64,000 nt of DNA from Candidatus Multivoradales bacterium (GTDB lineage Bacteria; Acidobacteriota; Thermoanaerobaculia; Multivoradales; Multivoraceae): NCBI GenBank assembly GCA_965223325.1, contig CBDCWI010000001.1, positions 1,664,001 to 1,728,000 of the forward strand. The letters are read 5' to 3'. The notes under the pieces were generated by a model. It searched no databases and was not told where the DNA came from. It saw nothing but the letters and a program-made list of their open reading frames with translations. Below, one piece after another: positions 51,607-60,237 of the stretch. Numbering within the stretch: position 1 is the first letter of the stretch; every line of letters begins with the position of its first letter. A program made the position numbers and the translations under genes.

Positions 51607-52581
51607 ATGTCAAAAACTCTTGCCTGGCGGGCCCGATCTGCCGTAGTCGGCCTCGCTACAGTTCTCCTCCTCGCTGGCTGTCAGGGCTCTTTTGAGCCCT
51701 CAGACTCCCCCGCGCCCGCTGGGAAACTCAACATCGTCGCCACCACCGGGATGATCGCCGATGCCGCCCTTCGCATCGCCGGTGACCATGCCACCGTCAC
51801 TGCGCTCATGGGGCCAGGGATCGACCCGCATCTCTACAAGGCCAGCGAAAGCGACGTGCGCCGATTGTCGGAGGCCGACCTGATCCTCTATCAGGGCCTC
51901 TACCTCGAGGGGCGGATGGCCGACATCCTCAACAAGATGTCGCGCACCAGACCGGTCCTGGCGGTCGGTGAGACGATCCCCGAAGAGGAGCTTTTGCCCT
52001 GGACTCTGGGGGGCAAAGAACATGACCCTCACTTGTGGTTCGACGTGCGGCTGTGGTCACGCATTCTGGCTCCGATCGCCGCCGAGCTCAGCGCTTTGCG
52101 ACCTGAAGAGGCAGCGACCTTCGAGGCCAACGCCCTTGCATACCAGCAGGAGCTCACCGAGCTCGACGCGTGGGCCGAATCCCGCTTCAACGAGCTGCCC
52201 CGAGAGCGGCGCATCCTGGTCACCGCCCATGACGCGTTCGGCTACATGGGTCGCCGCTACGATCTCGAGGTCGTTGGCATCCAGGGTGTATCGACAGTGG
52301 CCGAAGCAGGCCTCGACGACCTCGAGCGTGTGATCGAACTGGTGGTCGAGAAGAAGGTACCGGCCGTTTTCGTCGAGTCGAGCGTCTCGCCACGCTCCAT
52401 TGAAGCGCTGCAGAAGGGCGCAGAGAAGCTCGGCCACTCAGTCGCGATTGGCGCGCAGCTCTTCTCGGATGCACTGGGCCCGGCCGACGGTCCGGCGGGG
52501 AACTACCCCGGCATGGTGCGCACCAACGTCTCAAACATCGTCGGAGCGCTCGGGAACGACGGCGCTGAGGGCGGCTCATGA
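51607..52581 (+). CDS. troA: Mn/Zn/Fe ABC substrate-binding lipoprotein (TroA/MntA type)
   Basis: LLAGC, DPHLY, DPHLWFD, HDAFGY, LFSDALG. Confidence 0.88.
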   Translation: MSKTLAWRARSAVVGLATVLLLAGCQGSFEPSDSPAPAGKLNIVATTGMIADAALRIAGDHATVTALMGPGIDPHLYKASESDVRRLSEADLILYQGLYLEGRMADILNKMSRTRPVLAVGETIPEEELLPWTLGGKEHDPHLWFDVRLWSRILAPIAAELSALRPEEAATFEANALAYQQELTELDAWAESRFNELPRERRILVTAHDAFGYMGRRYDLEVVGIQGVSTVAEAGLDDLERVIELVVEKKVPAVFVESSVSPRSIEALQKGAEKLGHSVAIGAQLFSDALGPADGPAGNYPGMVRTNVSNIVGALGNDGAEGGS

Positions 52582-53420
52582 CTGTTCTCGACAAATCGAA
52601 GGCAGACAGTACGGCCTCAAACAGCACGGACTCAGGTGCACTCCCCGCGATCGAAGTCCACGACCTGACCGTCGCGTACCACACGCAACCGGTTCTCTGG
52701 GACGTCGACCTGGCGTTGCCCGAGGGCAAGCTGATCGCGGTCGTCGGGCCGAACGGTGCCGGCAAGAGCACCCTTTTAAAGGCGATCCTCGGCCTGGTTG
52801 AACCGATCACGGGTTGGGTCAAGGTTTTTGGCGAACCCTACGAAGATCGTCGCTCCTGGGTTGGCTACGTGCCGCAACGTGAGAGCGTCGACTGGGACTT
52901 CCCCACCAACGCGCTCGATGTCGTGGCGATGGGTCTCTACGGCAACCTCGGTTGGTTCAAGCGCCCCGGGCGTCGCCACAAGGAGTTGGCGCTCGAGTGC
53001 CTCGACAAGGTCGGCATGCGCGACTACGCCGGCCGGCAGATCAGCCAGCTCTCGGGCGGCCAGCAGCAGCGGGTCTTCCTGGCGCGTGCTCTGGCGCAGG
53101 ATGCGCGCCTCTACTTGATGGATGAACCCTTCGCCGGTGTCGACGCAACCACCGAGCGCGCGATCCTCGGCCTCCTGCAACAACTGCGCTCCGAGGGCCG
53201 CACGGTGATTGCCGTGCACCACGATCTGCAAACCGTAGCCGAGTACTTCGACTACGTCGTGTTGCTCAACATGCGACTCGTCGCTTCGGGCCCGATCTCT
53301 GAGACCTTCAACAACGAGAACCTGCAGCGCACCTACGGCGGGCGTTTGACCGTCCTCACCCAGGCCACTGAAGCGATCATGGAAGCCGGCGCGGCCAAAC
53401 CTGGCCTACAAAGGCGCTAA
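52578..53420 (+). CDS. troB: Metal ABC ATP-binding protein
   Basis: GPNGAGKST, YVPQ, LSGGQQQR, HHDL. Confidence 0.88.
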   Translation: MTVLDKSKADSTASNSTDSGALPAIEVHDLTVAYHTQPVLWDVDLALPEGKLIAVVGPNGAGKSTLLKAILGLVEPITGWVKVFGEPYEDRRSWVGYVPQRESVDWDFPTNALDVVAMGLYGNLGWFKRPGRRHKELALECLDKVGMRDYAGRQISQLSGGQQQRVFLARALAQDARLYLMDEPFAGVDATTERAILGLLQQLRSEGRTVIAVHHDLQTVAEYFDYVVLLNMRLVASGPISETFNNENLQRTYGGRLTVLTQATEAIMEAGAAKPGLQRR

Positions 53421-53446
53421 CCACCCTTGGCCCGGGCGTCTCCTCC

Positions 53447-54748
53447 GTGTTTGAACTCTCCTTCACCGCGCGCAACGTTCTGATTGGCGCCAGCCTGCTT
53501 GGTGCAACCAGCGGGTTGGTGGGTTGCTTTGCACTCTTGAGGCGCCAGAGCCTGCTCGGAGACGCACTGGCGCACACGGCGCTGCCGGGAGTGTGTATCG
53601 CCTTTCTCTTGACCCAGACCAAAGCGTCACTGCCTCTCCTTCTGGGCGCCGCCGTCGCCGGTGTGCTCGGCGCGATCATCATCAGCTCGTTGTCGCGTCT
53701 CGAGCGGGTGACCGAGGACTCGGCCATCGGAATCATCCTGTCGGTGTTCTTCGGTTTCGGCATCGTTCTGTTGACGATCATTCAGCGCCTGCCGAGCGGC
53801 AACCAGAGCGGGCTCGACAAGTACCTGTTCGGCCAGGCCGCCACCCTGGTTCCCAAAGACCTGGTGATCCTGGCGGGCGTCTCACTCACCGTGCTCGCGC
53901 TCACCGTCATCTTCTTCAAAGAGCTCAAGATGCTCGCCTTCGACCGCGACTTCGGCGAGAGCCTCGGCTTTCGCATGCGGGGCCTCGAGCTCTTGCAGAT
54001 CGTGATGTTGGTGCTGGTCGTGGTGGTGGGGCTTCAGATGGTCGGCGTGGTCTTGATTGTGGCCGCACTCATCACTCCGGCTGCGGCGGCCCGCCAATGG
54101 ACCGACCGGCTGGCCGTCATGCTTCTGATTGCCGCGGGCATCGGCGCGATCTCAGGGTCGATCGGAGCGATGGTCTCGGCCCAGGTCTCGAAAGTCCCCA
54201 CCGGGCCAGTCATCGTCCTGGTCGCCAGCGCCTTTCTGATCGTCTCGCTCCTGCTCGCGCCGCGGCGCGGTCTGGTCTGGGCCTGGCTGCGCCAACGACG
54301 GGTGTCTCGGCGCATCCAACGCGAGAACCTGCTCAAGGATCTCTGGCTGTGGTGCGAACGCGCCAACGCTGACACCGACGCCCGGGTGCCCTGGTCGTAC
54401 CTGCGCGGCGGCCGCGGCCAGACGGGTCGGCGCATCGACCGCATCGCCCGAGGCCTGGCGCGCGACGATCACGTCGAAACCGACGCGCGCAGCGTGTGGC
54501 TGACGGCCAGCGGTGCCGAACATGCACAGCAGCTGGTCCGCAAGCATCGCTTGTGGGAGCTCTATCTGACCCGCCGTCTCGAGCTGGCCAGCGACCACGT
54601 CCACCGCGACGCCGACGCCATGGAACACACCCTCACCGACGAAGCTGTGGCGCGCATCGAAGAACTCCTCGACTACCCAACCCACGACCCACACGGGCAG
54701 ATCATTCCGCAGGCCGACAAAAAGAGCGCGCTGGAGCAAACGGCATGA
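53447..54748 (+). CDS. troC: Metal ABC permease fused to a C-terminal DtxR-like domain
   Basis: GDALAH..LPG permease; RKHRLWELYL, HRDADAMEH, PTHDPHG. Confidence 0.87.
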   Translation: MFELSFTARNVLIGASLLGATSGLVGCFALLRRQSLLGDALAHTALPGVCIAFLLTQTKASLPLLLGAAVAGVLGAIIISSLSRLERVTEDSAIGIILSVFFGFGIVLLTIIQRLPSGNQSGLDKYLFGQAATLVPKDLVILAGVSLTVLALTVIFFKELKMLAFDRDFGESLGFRMRGLELLQIVMLVLVVVVGLQMVGVVLIVAALITPAAAARQWTDRLAVMLLIAAGIGAISGSIGAMVSAQVSKVPTGPVIVLVASAFLIVSLLLAPRRGLVWAWLRQRRVSRRIQRENLLKDLWLWCERANADTDARVPWSYLRGGRGQTGRRIDRIARGLARDDHVETDARSVWLTASGAEHAQQLVRKHRLWELYLTRRLELASDHVHRDADAMEHTLTDEAVARIEELLDYPTHDPHGQIIPQADKKSALEQTA

Positions 54749-55848
54749 GCCCGATGTTGGTCATTCTGTTGGTCGGCTCGCTGGTCGGAGCGTCGTGCGC
54801 TCTCGTGGGCACGTTTCTCGTCTTGCGGCGCATGGCCTTGATCGGCGATGCGATCAGCCACGCGGTGCTCCCCGGTATCGCCATCGCTTTCTTGATGACC
54901 GGCAGCCGCAACCCCATCCCGATGGTCCTCGGCGCCGGCGTGCTCGGCGTCCTCACCGTATTTCTCGTCGAGCTCGCGCACCGCACGCGCCTGCTCAAAC
55001 AGGACGCGTCGATTGGCGTGGTGTTCCCGGCCCTGTTCTCGATCGGAGTAATCATCATCAGCCGCTACGCCGGCACGGTCGACCTCGATCTCGACTGCGT
55101 TCTACACGGCGAGATCGCCTACTCACCCTGGGACTTGCTCTACGTCGGCGAACAGTCCATCGGACCACAGGCTCTGTGGGTCAACGGCTCGGTGTTCTTG
55201 TTCAACCTCGCCCTGGTGCTCATCTTCTACAAAGAGCTCAAGCTTTCGACCTTTGACTCCGCCCTCGCCGCTTCGCTTGGCTTTGCACCGGTCCTCATCC
55301 ACTACGCCCTGATGGCCGCGGTGTCGATGACCGTCGTCGCGGCCTTTGAATCGGTCGGTGCAGTCCTGGTGGTGGCGATGTTGGTGGTGCCACCGGCGGC
55401 CGCCTGGCTGCTCACCGACCGCCTGAGCCATATGCTGATCGCGTCGGTCTCACTCGGCGTGTTGTCGGCCGTTGGCGGCTACTTCGGCGCCCGTCTGGTC
55501 GACGCCTCGATCGCCGGCATGATGGCGACCTGTGCCGGGCTGCTCTTTTTGGCAGCTTTCCTGTTGTCCCCGCGTCGTGGCTTGCTGGCTCGCACGCTGC
55601 GCAACCGTCGGCTCGGGCAGGCGATGTCGGAGCAGCTCTTGCTGCTCCATCTAGGAAGTGGCGAGCGGGCCCTACCGCTGAGCGAGGTGCGGCGCCGCTT
55701 TACCTGGGGCACCGGCCGTTTGAACGCCGTGGTGGCCGGCCTCGAAGAACGAGGTTGGTTGACCCAAAGCCCTGATGGGCTTCGACTTACGGCGACGGGT
55801 GAAGCCGCCCTCGAGGAGGCCGGCCAGGGCCCCCTCCGCCATCGCTAG
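54745..55848 (+). CDS. troD: Metal ABC permease with C-terminal winged-helix-like tail
   Basis: DAISHAVLPG, AFESVG; ATGA overlap; tail ending LRLTATG. Confidence 0.87.
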   Translation: MSPMLVILLVGSLVGASCALVGTFLVLRRMALIGDAISHAVLPGIAIAFLMTGSRNPIPMVLGAGVLGVLTVFLVELAHRTRLLKQDASIGVVFPALFSIGVIIISRYAGTVDLDLDCVLHGEIAYSPWDLLYVGEQSIGPQALWVNGSVFLFNLALVLIFYKELKLSTFDSALAASLGFAPVLIHYALMAAVSMTVVAAFESVGAVLVVAMLVVPPAAAWLLTDRLSHMLIASVSLGVLSAVGGYFGARLVDASIAGMMATCAGLLFLAAFLLSPRRGLLARTLRNRRLGQAMSEQLLLLHLGSGERALPLSEVRRRFTWGTGRLNAVVAGLEERGWLTQSPDGLRLTATGEAALEEAGQGPLRHR

Positions 55849-55885
55849 CCGAAGGGGGCTTGGCCCAGCCGAGGTCCGAGGAACG

Positions 55886-56287
55886 TTAGCCGCTGAGCGA
55901 GCTGACGATCGAGCGAGCGGTGTCGCCCAGGGTCGCACCGGGAGCCTCAGTGCAGAGATCCGTCAGCATGACGCGAATGGAATCGTCGTTCGAGCCGTCG
56001 GCTGCGACTTCGACGCCAGCCGCCTGGAGACCATCGACAACCGCGCCCAGCACGTGGTCGACTGCCTCGGTGGCTTCGGCGGCACCGGCCTCCGCCAGCA
56101 TGTTGTAGCGCTCGCACGACATGGCACCGATATCGACCGCTGCTGGTGTAGCCGCGGGTGCGGGCGCCGGTGCCGGTTCTGCAGGTGCCGGTTCGGGGGC
56201 CTTCTTGCAGCCTACGAGACCTAGAAGCAGCACGGTTGCCAGCAGGGACAGACCGGGGGTGCGAAACCTCGAGTTCTGGTTCTTCAT
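55886..56287 (-). CDS. Small lipoprotein, possibly HdeA/HdeB-like
   Basis: GGAG RBS, LVGC lipobox, PA linker, MSC...LC..AP cysteine pair. Confidence 0.6.
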   Translation of the reverse strand: MKNQNSRFRTPGLSLLATVLLLGLVGCKKAPEPAPAEPAPAPAPAATPAAVDIGAMSCERYNMLAEAGAAEATEAVDHVLGAVVDGLQAAGVEVAADGSNDDSIRVMLTDLCTEAPGATLGDTARSIVSSLSG

Positions 56288-56432
56288 TCGACTCTCCAGA
56301 TTGTCAGTTGGGGTGAACCCATCCACCTTAGCGTGTGTGTCACGTCCGGTGCTACGACGGACGACTGTGGCCACACGGTGGTCCATCCAGTGGGCTCAGA
56401 GTGGTGAACCAGGACAGAGGGCGAACGCAGCC

Positions 56433-56462
56433 AGAAAGGCCGGGAGGCGGTGACCTCCCGGC
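56433..56462 (-). terminator. Intrinsic terminator-like hairpin upstream of the lipoprotein gene
   Basis: GCCGGGAGG-TCACCG-CCTCCCGGC then CTTTCT. Confidence 0.55.
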
Positions 56463-56920
56463 GTTGAAACCCATGAGCTTCTTCACTCACGAGGGCGCTG
56501 TAGTGCGCTTGGTGAGTGCTTTCCGGAAACGGGTTCTGGGTGTTACAGAGCCCTGTGCCACGGGCGACGATGGAGGTGAAGTTCGCTGGGCCAGTTGACG
56601 ATTCAATATTCAAGTTGTGTTGTCGTGTTCTCTTCTATTGTTTGTTTCGACTGAGGCCGACGGCCGCATCTTCCGCTACGGCGCCTTCGGCGAGCTCCTC
56701 TGCGCCAGCTCGGTCTTCCCCGACAACCCGTGCGTTCAAGACGACGGGGAGGGGGACGCACCGGGAGGTGTGGTGGCGGAGCTGCGCCTGTCGGGCGGAA
56801 TGCCGAGGTCCATGAGTGGCGAAGGCGAGGGTTCGGCCCTTGGGATGACGCATCGAGGTAGTGGAGGAGGCCGACGGAGTGCTCCGGAAACGCGGTGCGC
56901 CGCCCAGTACGGCGCTGCCG

Positions 56921-56957
56921 TCAGAACTTACCCCCCCGTGCGCGGCATCGCCGTGCG
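56921..56957 (+). repeat. REP-like hairpin motif, copy 1
   Basis: TCAGAACTTACCCCC-CCGT-GCGCGGCATCGCCGTGCG; matches reverse complement of 63145-63183. Confidence 0.72.
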
Positions 56958-57084
56958 CGCGCTCGCGCTAAAGGCGTACCGCCGCGGGCTCGCTACGCGT
57001 TTCCGTAGGACCTTGGGATGAATACAGAATCTGACGCCGTCACCGGAAAGAGAAAACAAGCGATTCCGGTAGTACAGAATGGGT

Positions 57085-57630
57085 AGCAGGTCAGGCTTGC
57101 TGTAAGACACCAGCCCTTGATACCAACTCGCGGCACCTAGACGAACCGTGTCTGGGCGCAGCTCGCTGGTTAGGCCGCCGACGGCCAAGGGCTTCTGTTA
57201 GCCTAGCCAAGTCGCTCTCCCGCGCGGTCTCGTCGCAGAGACCCCTGGCTCCGACTCGCCGGTCGTCGCCCGCTGGAGCCCTGTTGATCGACCCCTCCTT
57301 CGATGCGCACAGACCTCTCGAACTAGATCGACCCTCACGACCTCGCACGCGGCCCGGCTGCGTTCGGTCGTCGTGAAGCCCTAACCGCGCTCCGCCGAAC
57401 GACGGTGGTTTCGGTGTGGGCCGTCGCGAAGCGGAAATCCGCGGAGCGCACATCGAGAGAAGAACCCCGAGAGCCTCACCAAAGGTCTCGGGAACCGCCG
57501 CGTCTGAGCCCAGCGGGTGGCGCTCCCAGGAGAGCACCACTTGCACCAGGACTGACGCGCTTTCAAGAGCTGCATCGTTCCTAGCGCGACCAAACGCCTT
57601 TGGTGCGAGTGGCTGGTGAGGAGATTCAGC
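57085..57630 (+). promoter_or_regulatory. Long structured 5' leader (putative attenuator) of the ABC-F gene
   Basis: Many nested stems plus alternative pairings that cover the RBS. Confidence 0.55.
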
Positions 57631-59373
57631 ATGGCGAAACGTCGAGCGACGGTTCGTGACGAGGGTCGTCGAGTGGTCGCCCAGGGTTCAGAGTCGAAGG
57701 AGCGCAGACCTGGGGCGGCCGGCCAGGTTCCGCTGCTTCAGGCGGTGGACCTCGCGTTCCATCCGTCACAGGTTCATCGACAGGGGCCTGTTTTTGAAGA
57801 GATCAACATGGCGTTGCACTTGGCGGAGGTGGTGGCGTTGGCTGGGCCGAATGGCTGTGGCAAGACAACGCTCCTGCGCTGCCTCGCGGGTGCCCTCGAG
57901 CCCGGCGAGTCCGCAGGCCTGCGCGGCACGATCATCAGGAATTGTGATCAGGGTGCGCTTGCCTGGTTGCGCCAGGCGGGCCGCGAGTCTTCGCACACCG
58001 CGAGTCGCGAGACGGTGTGGTCGCGAATGCTCGCAGCGCAGGAAGATCTCGCCGAGATCCGTCGCCGCCTGGACGACGGGGACTGGTCGGCGCTCGATGC
58101 CTGGGAGGGAGCTTCGGGCTACGCGCGCGAACGCGAGCTCGAGGTGATGGCCGAGGCCTTTGGTGTCGAGGACCTGCTCGGCCGCGCGGTAGGTGAACTC
58201 TCGCCAGGGCAGCTGCAACGGGTCGATCTGGTCGCGGCACTCGTCTACGCCGACTCTCGCCCGCGCAGTGTGCTGCTTCTCGACGAGCCGCTCAATCATC
58301 TAGACCTCGATGGGATCCGGTTGGTGGAGGAGGCGCTTCTCGATCCGCGGCGCCGCGAGAGAGCGGCGGTGCTCCTGGTGTCGCACGATCGGGAGCTCCT
58401 CGATCGGGTGGCTGACCGGACGCTCTTGTTTGCCGATGGCGAGTTGCTTTCCGTCGCCGGTGGCTACAGCGCCGCCCGGGAGCATCAGGGACTTCTGGTT
58501 CGGGCCCAGGAACACGAGGCCGAGGAGAGTCGTCGCCGCATCGCCAAGCTCGAGAAGGAGTACCGGCAGCGTGCGGGTTGGGCAGAGAAGAAGGAGCGTT
58601 CGAAGAGCGGGGCCGGTGCTTCCAAGCCATTCATCGCGAAGCGGGCCAAGAAGCTGGCGCGCCGAGCCAAGGACGTCGAGCGTCGACATCAGCGCGCTCT
58701 CGAGGACCTCTCGAAGACGGCGCGACGTCGCGCTCGACCGGTCGTCCTGCGGCGGGCGGAGTACGAGGTGACCCAACGGGTGGTCGCTCGCTTCGAGGCG
58801 GTCGAGGTCTCCTACGGAGAGCACTGCGTCTACTCGCAACTCGATCTGGTTCTGCGTAGCCGCGATCGCTGCGCTCTGCTCGGACCGAACGGTTCAGGCA
58901 AGTCGACCCTGCTTCGTCTCCTTCTGGGCGAAGTCGAGGCCGCAGCCGGCAGTGCCTACGTCAACCACGCTGTAGGTATCGGCTACCTTGCGCAGGACGC
59001 TGGCGAACCGAGCGATATGAAAGACGGCCGACTGCTCGAGACCTTCGCTGACCTCGATGTCGCGGAGTCTGAGGTGAGACGGCACCTAGGGTCGGTCGGC
59101 CTCAGGCGTGAGCGGGTCTTGCAGACAGTAGGTGCGCTCAGCCCTGGTGAGCGCATGCGTGCTGCCCTCGTTCGGCTGTTGCTCGAGCGCTCCGAGTTCC
59201 TGGTCCTCGACGAGCCGACCAACCATCTCGACACCGAGTCGATCGAGGTCCTGGAAGCGTTTCTTCGAGAGTTTCCGGGTGGCTTCCTGCTGGTGAGCCA
59301 CGACCGTCGCTTGATCTCGGCACTGGTCGAGAGGGTGCTAGTGGTCTCGGACGGACGGCTTGCGACGGTCTAG
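57631..59373 (+). CDS. ABC-F protein, Lsa-like ribosomal protection subfamily candidate
   Basis: Two NBDs (GPNGCGKT/LSPGQ/DEPLNHLD; GPNGSGKS/LSPGE/DEPTNHLD), no TM, extended basic linker; GAGGAG RBS. Confidence 0.85.
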   Translation: MAKRRATVRDEGRRVVAQGSESKERRPGAAGQVPLLQAVDLAFHPSQVHRQGPVFEEINMALHLAEVVALAGPNGCGKTTLLRCLAGALEPGESAGLRGTIIRNCDQGALAWLRQAGRESSHTASRETVWSRMLAAQEDLAEIRRRLDDGDWSALDAWEGASGYARERELEVMAEAFGVEDLLGRAVGELSPGQLQRVDLVAALVYADSRPRSVLLLDEPLNHLDLDGIRLVEEALLDPRRRERAAVLLVSHDRELLDRVADRTLLFADGELLSVAGGYSAAREHQGLLVRAQEHEAEESRRRIAKLEKEYRQRAGWAEKKERSKSGAGASKPFIAKRAKKLARRAKDVERRHQRALEDLSKTARRRARPVVLRRAEYEVTQRVVARFEAVEVSYGEHCVYSQLDLVLRSRDRCALLGPNGSGKSTLLRLLLGEVEAAAGSAYVNHAVGIGYLAQDAGEPSDMKDGRLLETFADLDVAESEVRRHLGSVGLRRERVLQTVGALSPGERMRAALVRLLLERSEFLVLDEPTNHLDTESIEVLEAFLREFPGGFLLVSHDRRLISALVERVLVVSDGRLATV

Positions 59374-59600
59374 TGCCCTCAGGAGGCTGCAGGGTCGGGT
59401 TCGATCTCGGGCTCGGCTTTAGCAAGTAGAGCAGTGGGCATGCCCGCTTTGTCGAAAGACACCGCGCTCTCCGGGAAGAGGCCTCGGTGGACAAGGAAGA
59501 TGGTACCGAACGACAGCGGCATGACAGGAAGGTGGGGAATGGAAGTAGCAGAACGGTGCGGCCACGCGGCATGATTGTTGAGATCGAGCAATCCAACCTA

Positions 59601-59838
59601 GCTTCGGATCCTCGGTGACTGGAAGTCCCCAACTGGGATGGCCCATACGACTCGTTCCCGGGCACGCGACGGAGGACCTGGCTCGTCGTTTCCGTTACGT
59701 CCTGGCTCAGGGCTGCGAGGCTGGGCTCGTGTCCTCGGCACGCAAGTGGCCTGGGGTGAGCCAGGCCCAGGTGCTCTGGTCGGGGAGTTTCGAGCTCAAA
59801 GGCATCTGGATCGATCGTTCGGCACTTCGGCGTGCTAG
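59601..59838 (+). pseudogene. Degraded fragment of a RAYT/Y1 transposase
   Basis: DLARRFRYVLAQGCEAGLVSSARKWPGVS..WIDRSALRRA is highly similar to the 63324 ORF; frameshifted upstream, HUH region missing. Confidence 0.82.
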
Positions 59839-60185
59839 CCCGACGACTCGGCACCCTCCTCGGCCTTCTGCCCCGAGACTCTCTTCACCCTTTGTCCGTA
59901 CAGAATCGATGTGGTCAAGCACTGATATCGTGCTGCACCGATACTGTGCTAAATCAGCCAGGGCTTCGAGTACGACGACCTGGGAGCGACCACCAGAATC
60001 CACTACCCCCGGTGCGAAACGGGCGGCTACGCGACACCCTGCACCAACGATCCCGCTCCCGCCCGCAGCGTGAGCTTCGAGTGCGGCCGCGGCTTCCTGC
60101 GCAAAGTCCCGGGCTACATCAACTCCGGCGGCTACCGGAACCAGGCTCTCTGGCTCTTTCGCCGTCTTAGCCGCCGCGAGCGACA

Positions 60186-60222
60186 AGAAAAAGGGCCGCG
60201 CCCGAAGGCGCGGCCCTTTTCT
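60186..60222. terminator. Bidirectional intrinsic terminator after the TonB receptor gene
   Basis: AAAAGGGCCGCGCC-CGAA-GGCGCGGCCCTTTT. Confidence 0.88.
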
Positions 60223-60237
60223 CTCGGGTCGTTTCCG

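Noticed and set aside
56617-57021. 134-aa ORF with RHS-like YGAFGELL
   Set aside because: One weak motif, poor start, runs into the repeat module; at most a remnant.
57021-57630. tmRNA, RNase P RNA, SRP RNA or tRNA
   Set aside because: No T-loop/CCA end, no GAGGAAAGTCC, no SRP loop seen on either strand.
59379-60186. Minus-strand ORFs 59379..59591 and 59707..60186
   Set aside because: No motifs or RBS; the second overlaps the RAYT remnant on the opposite strand.
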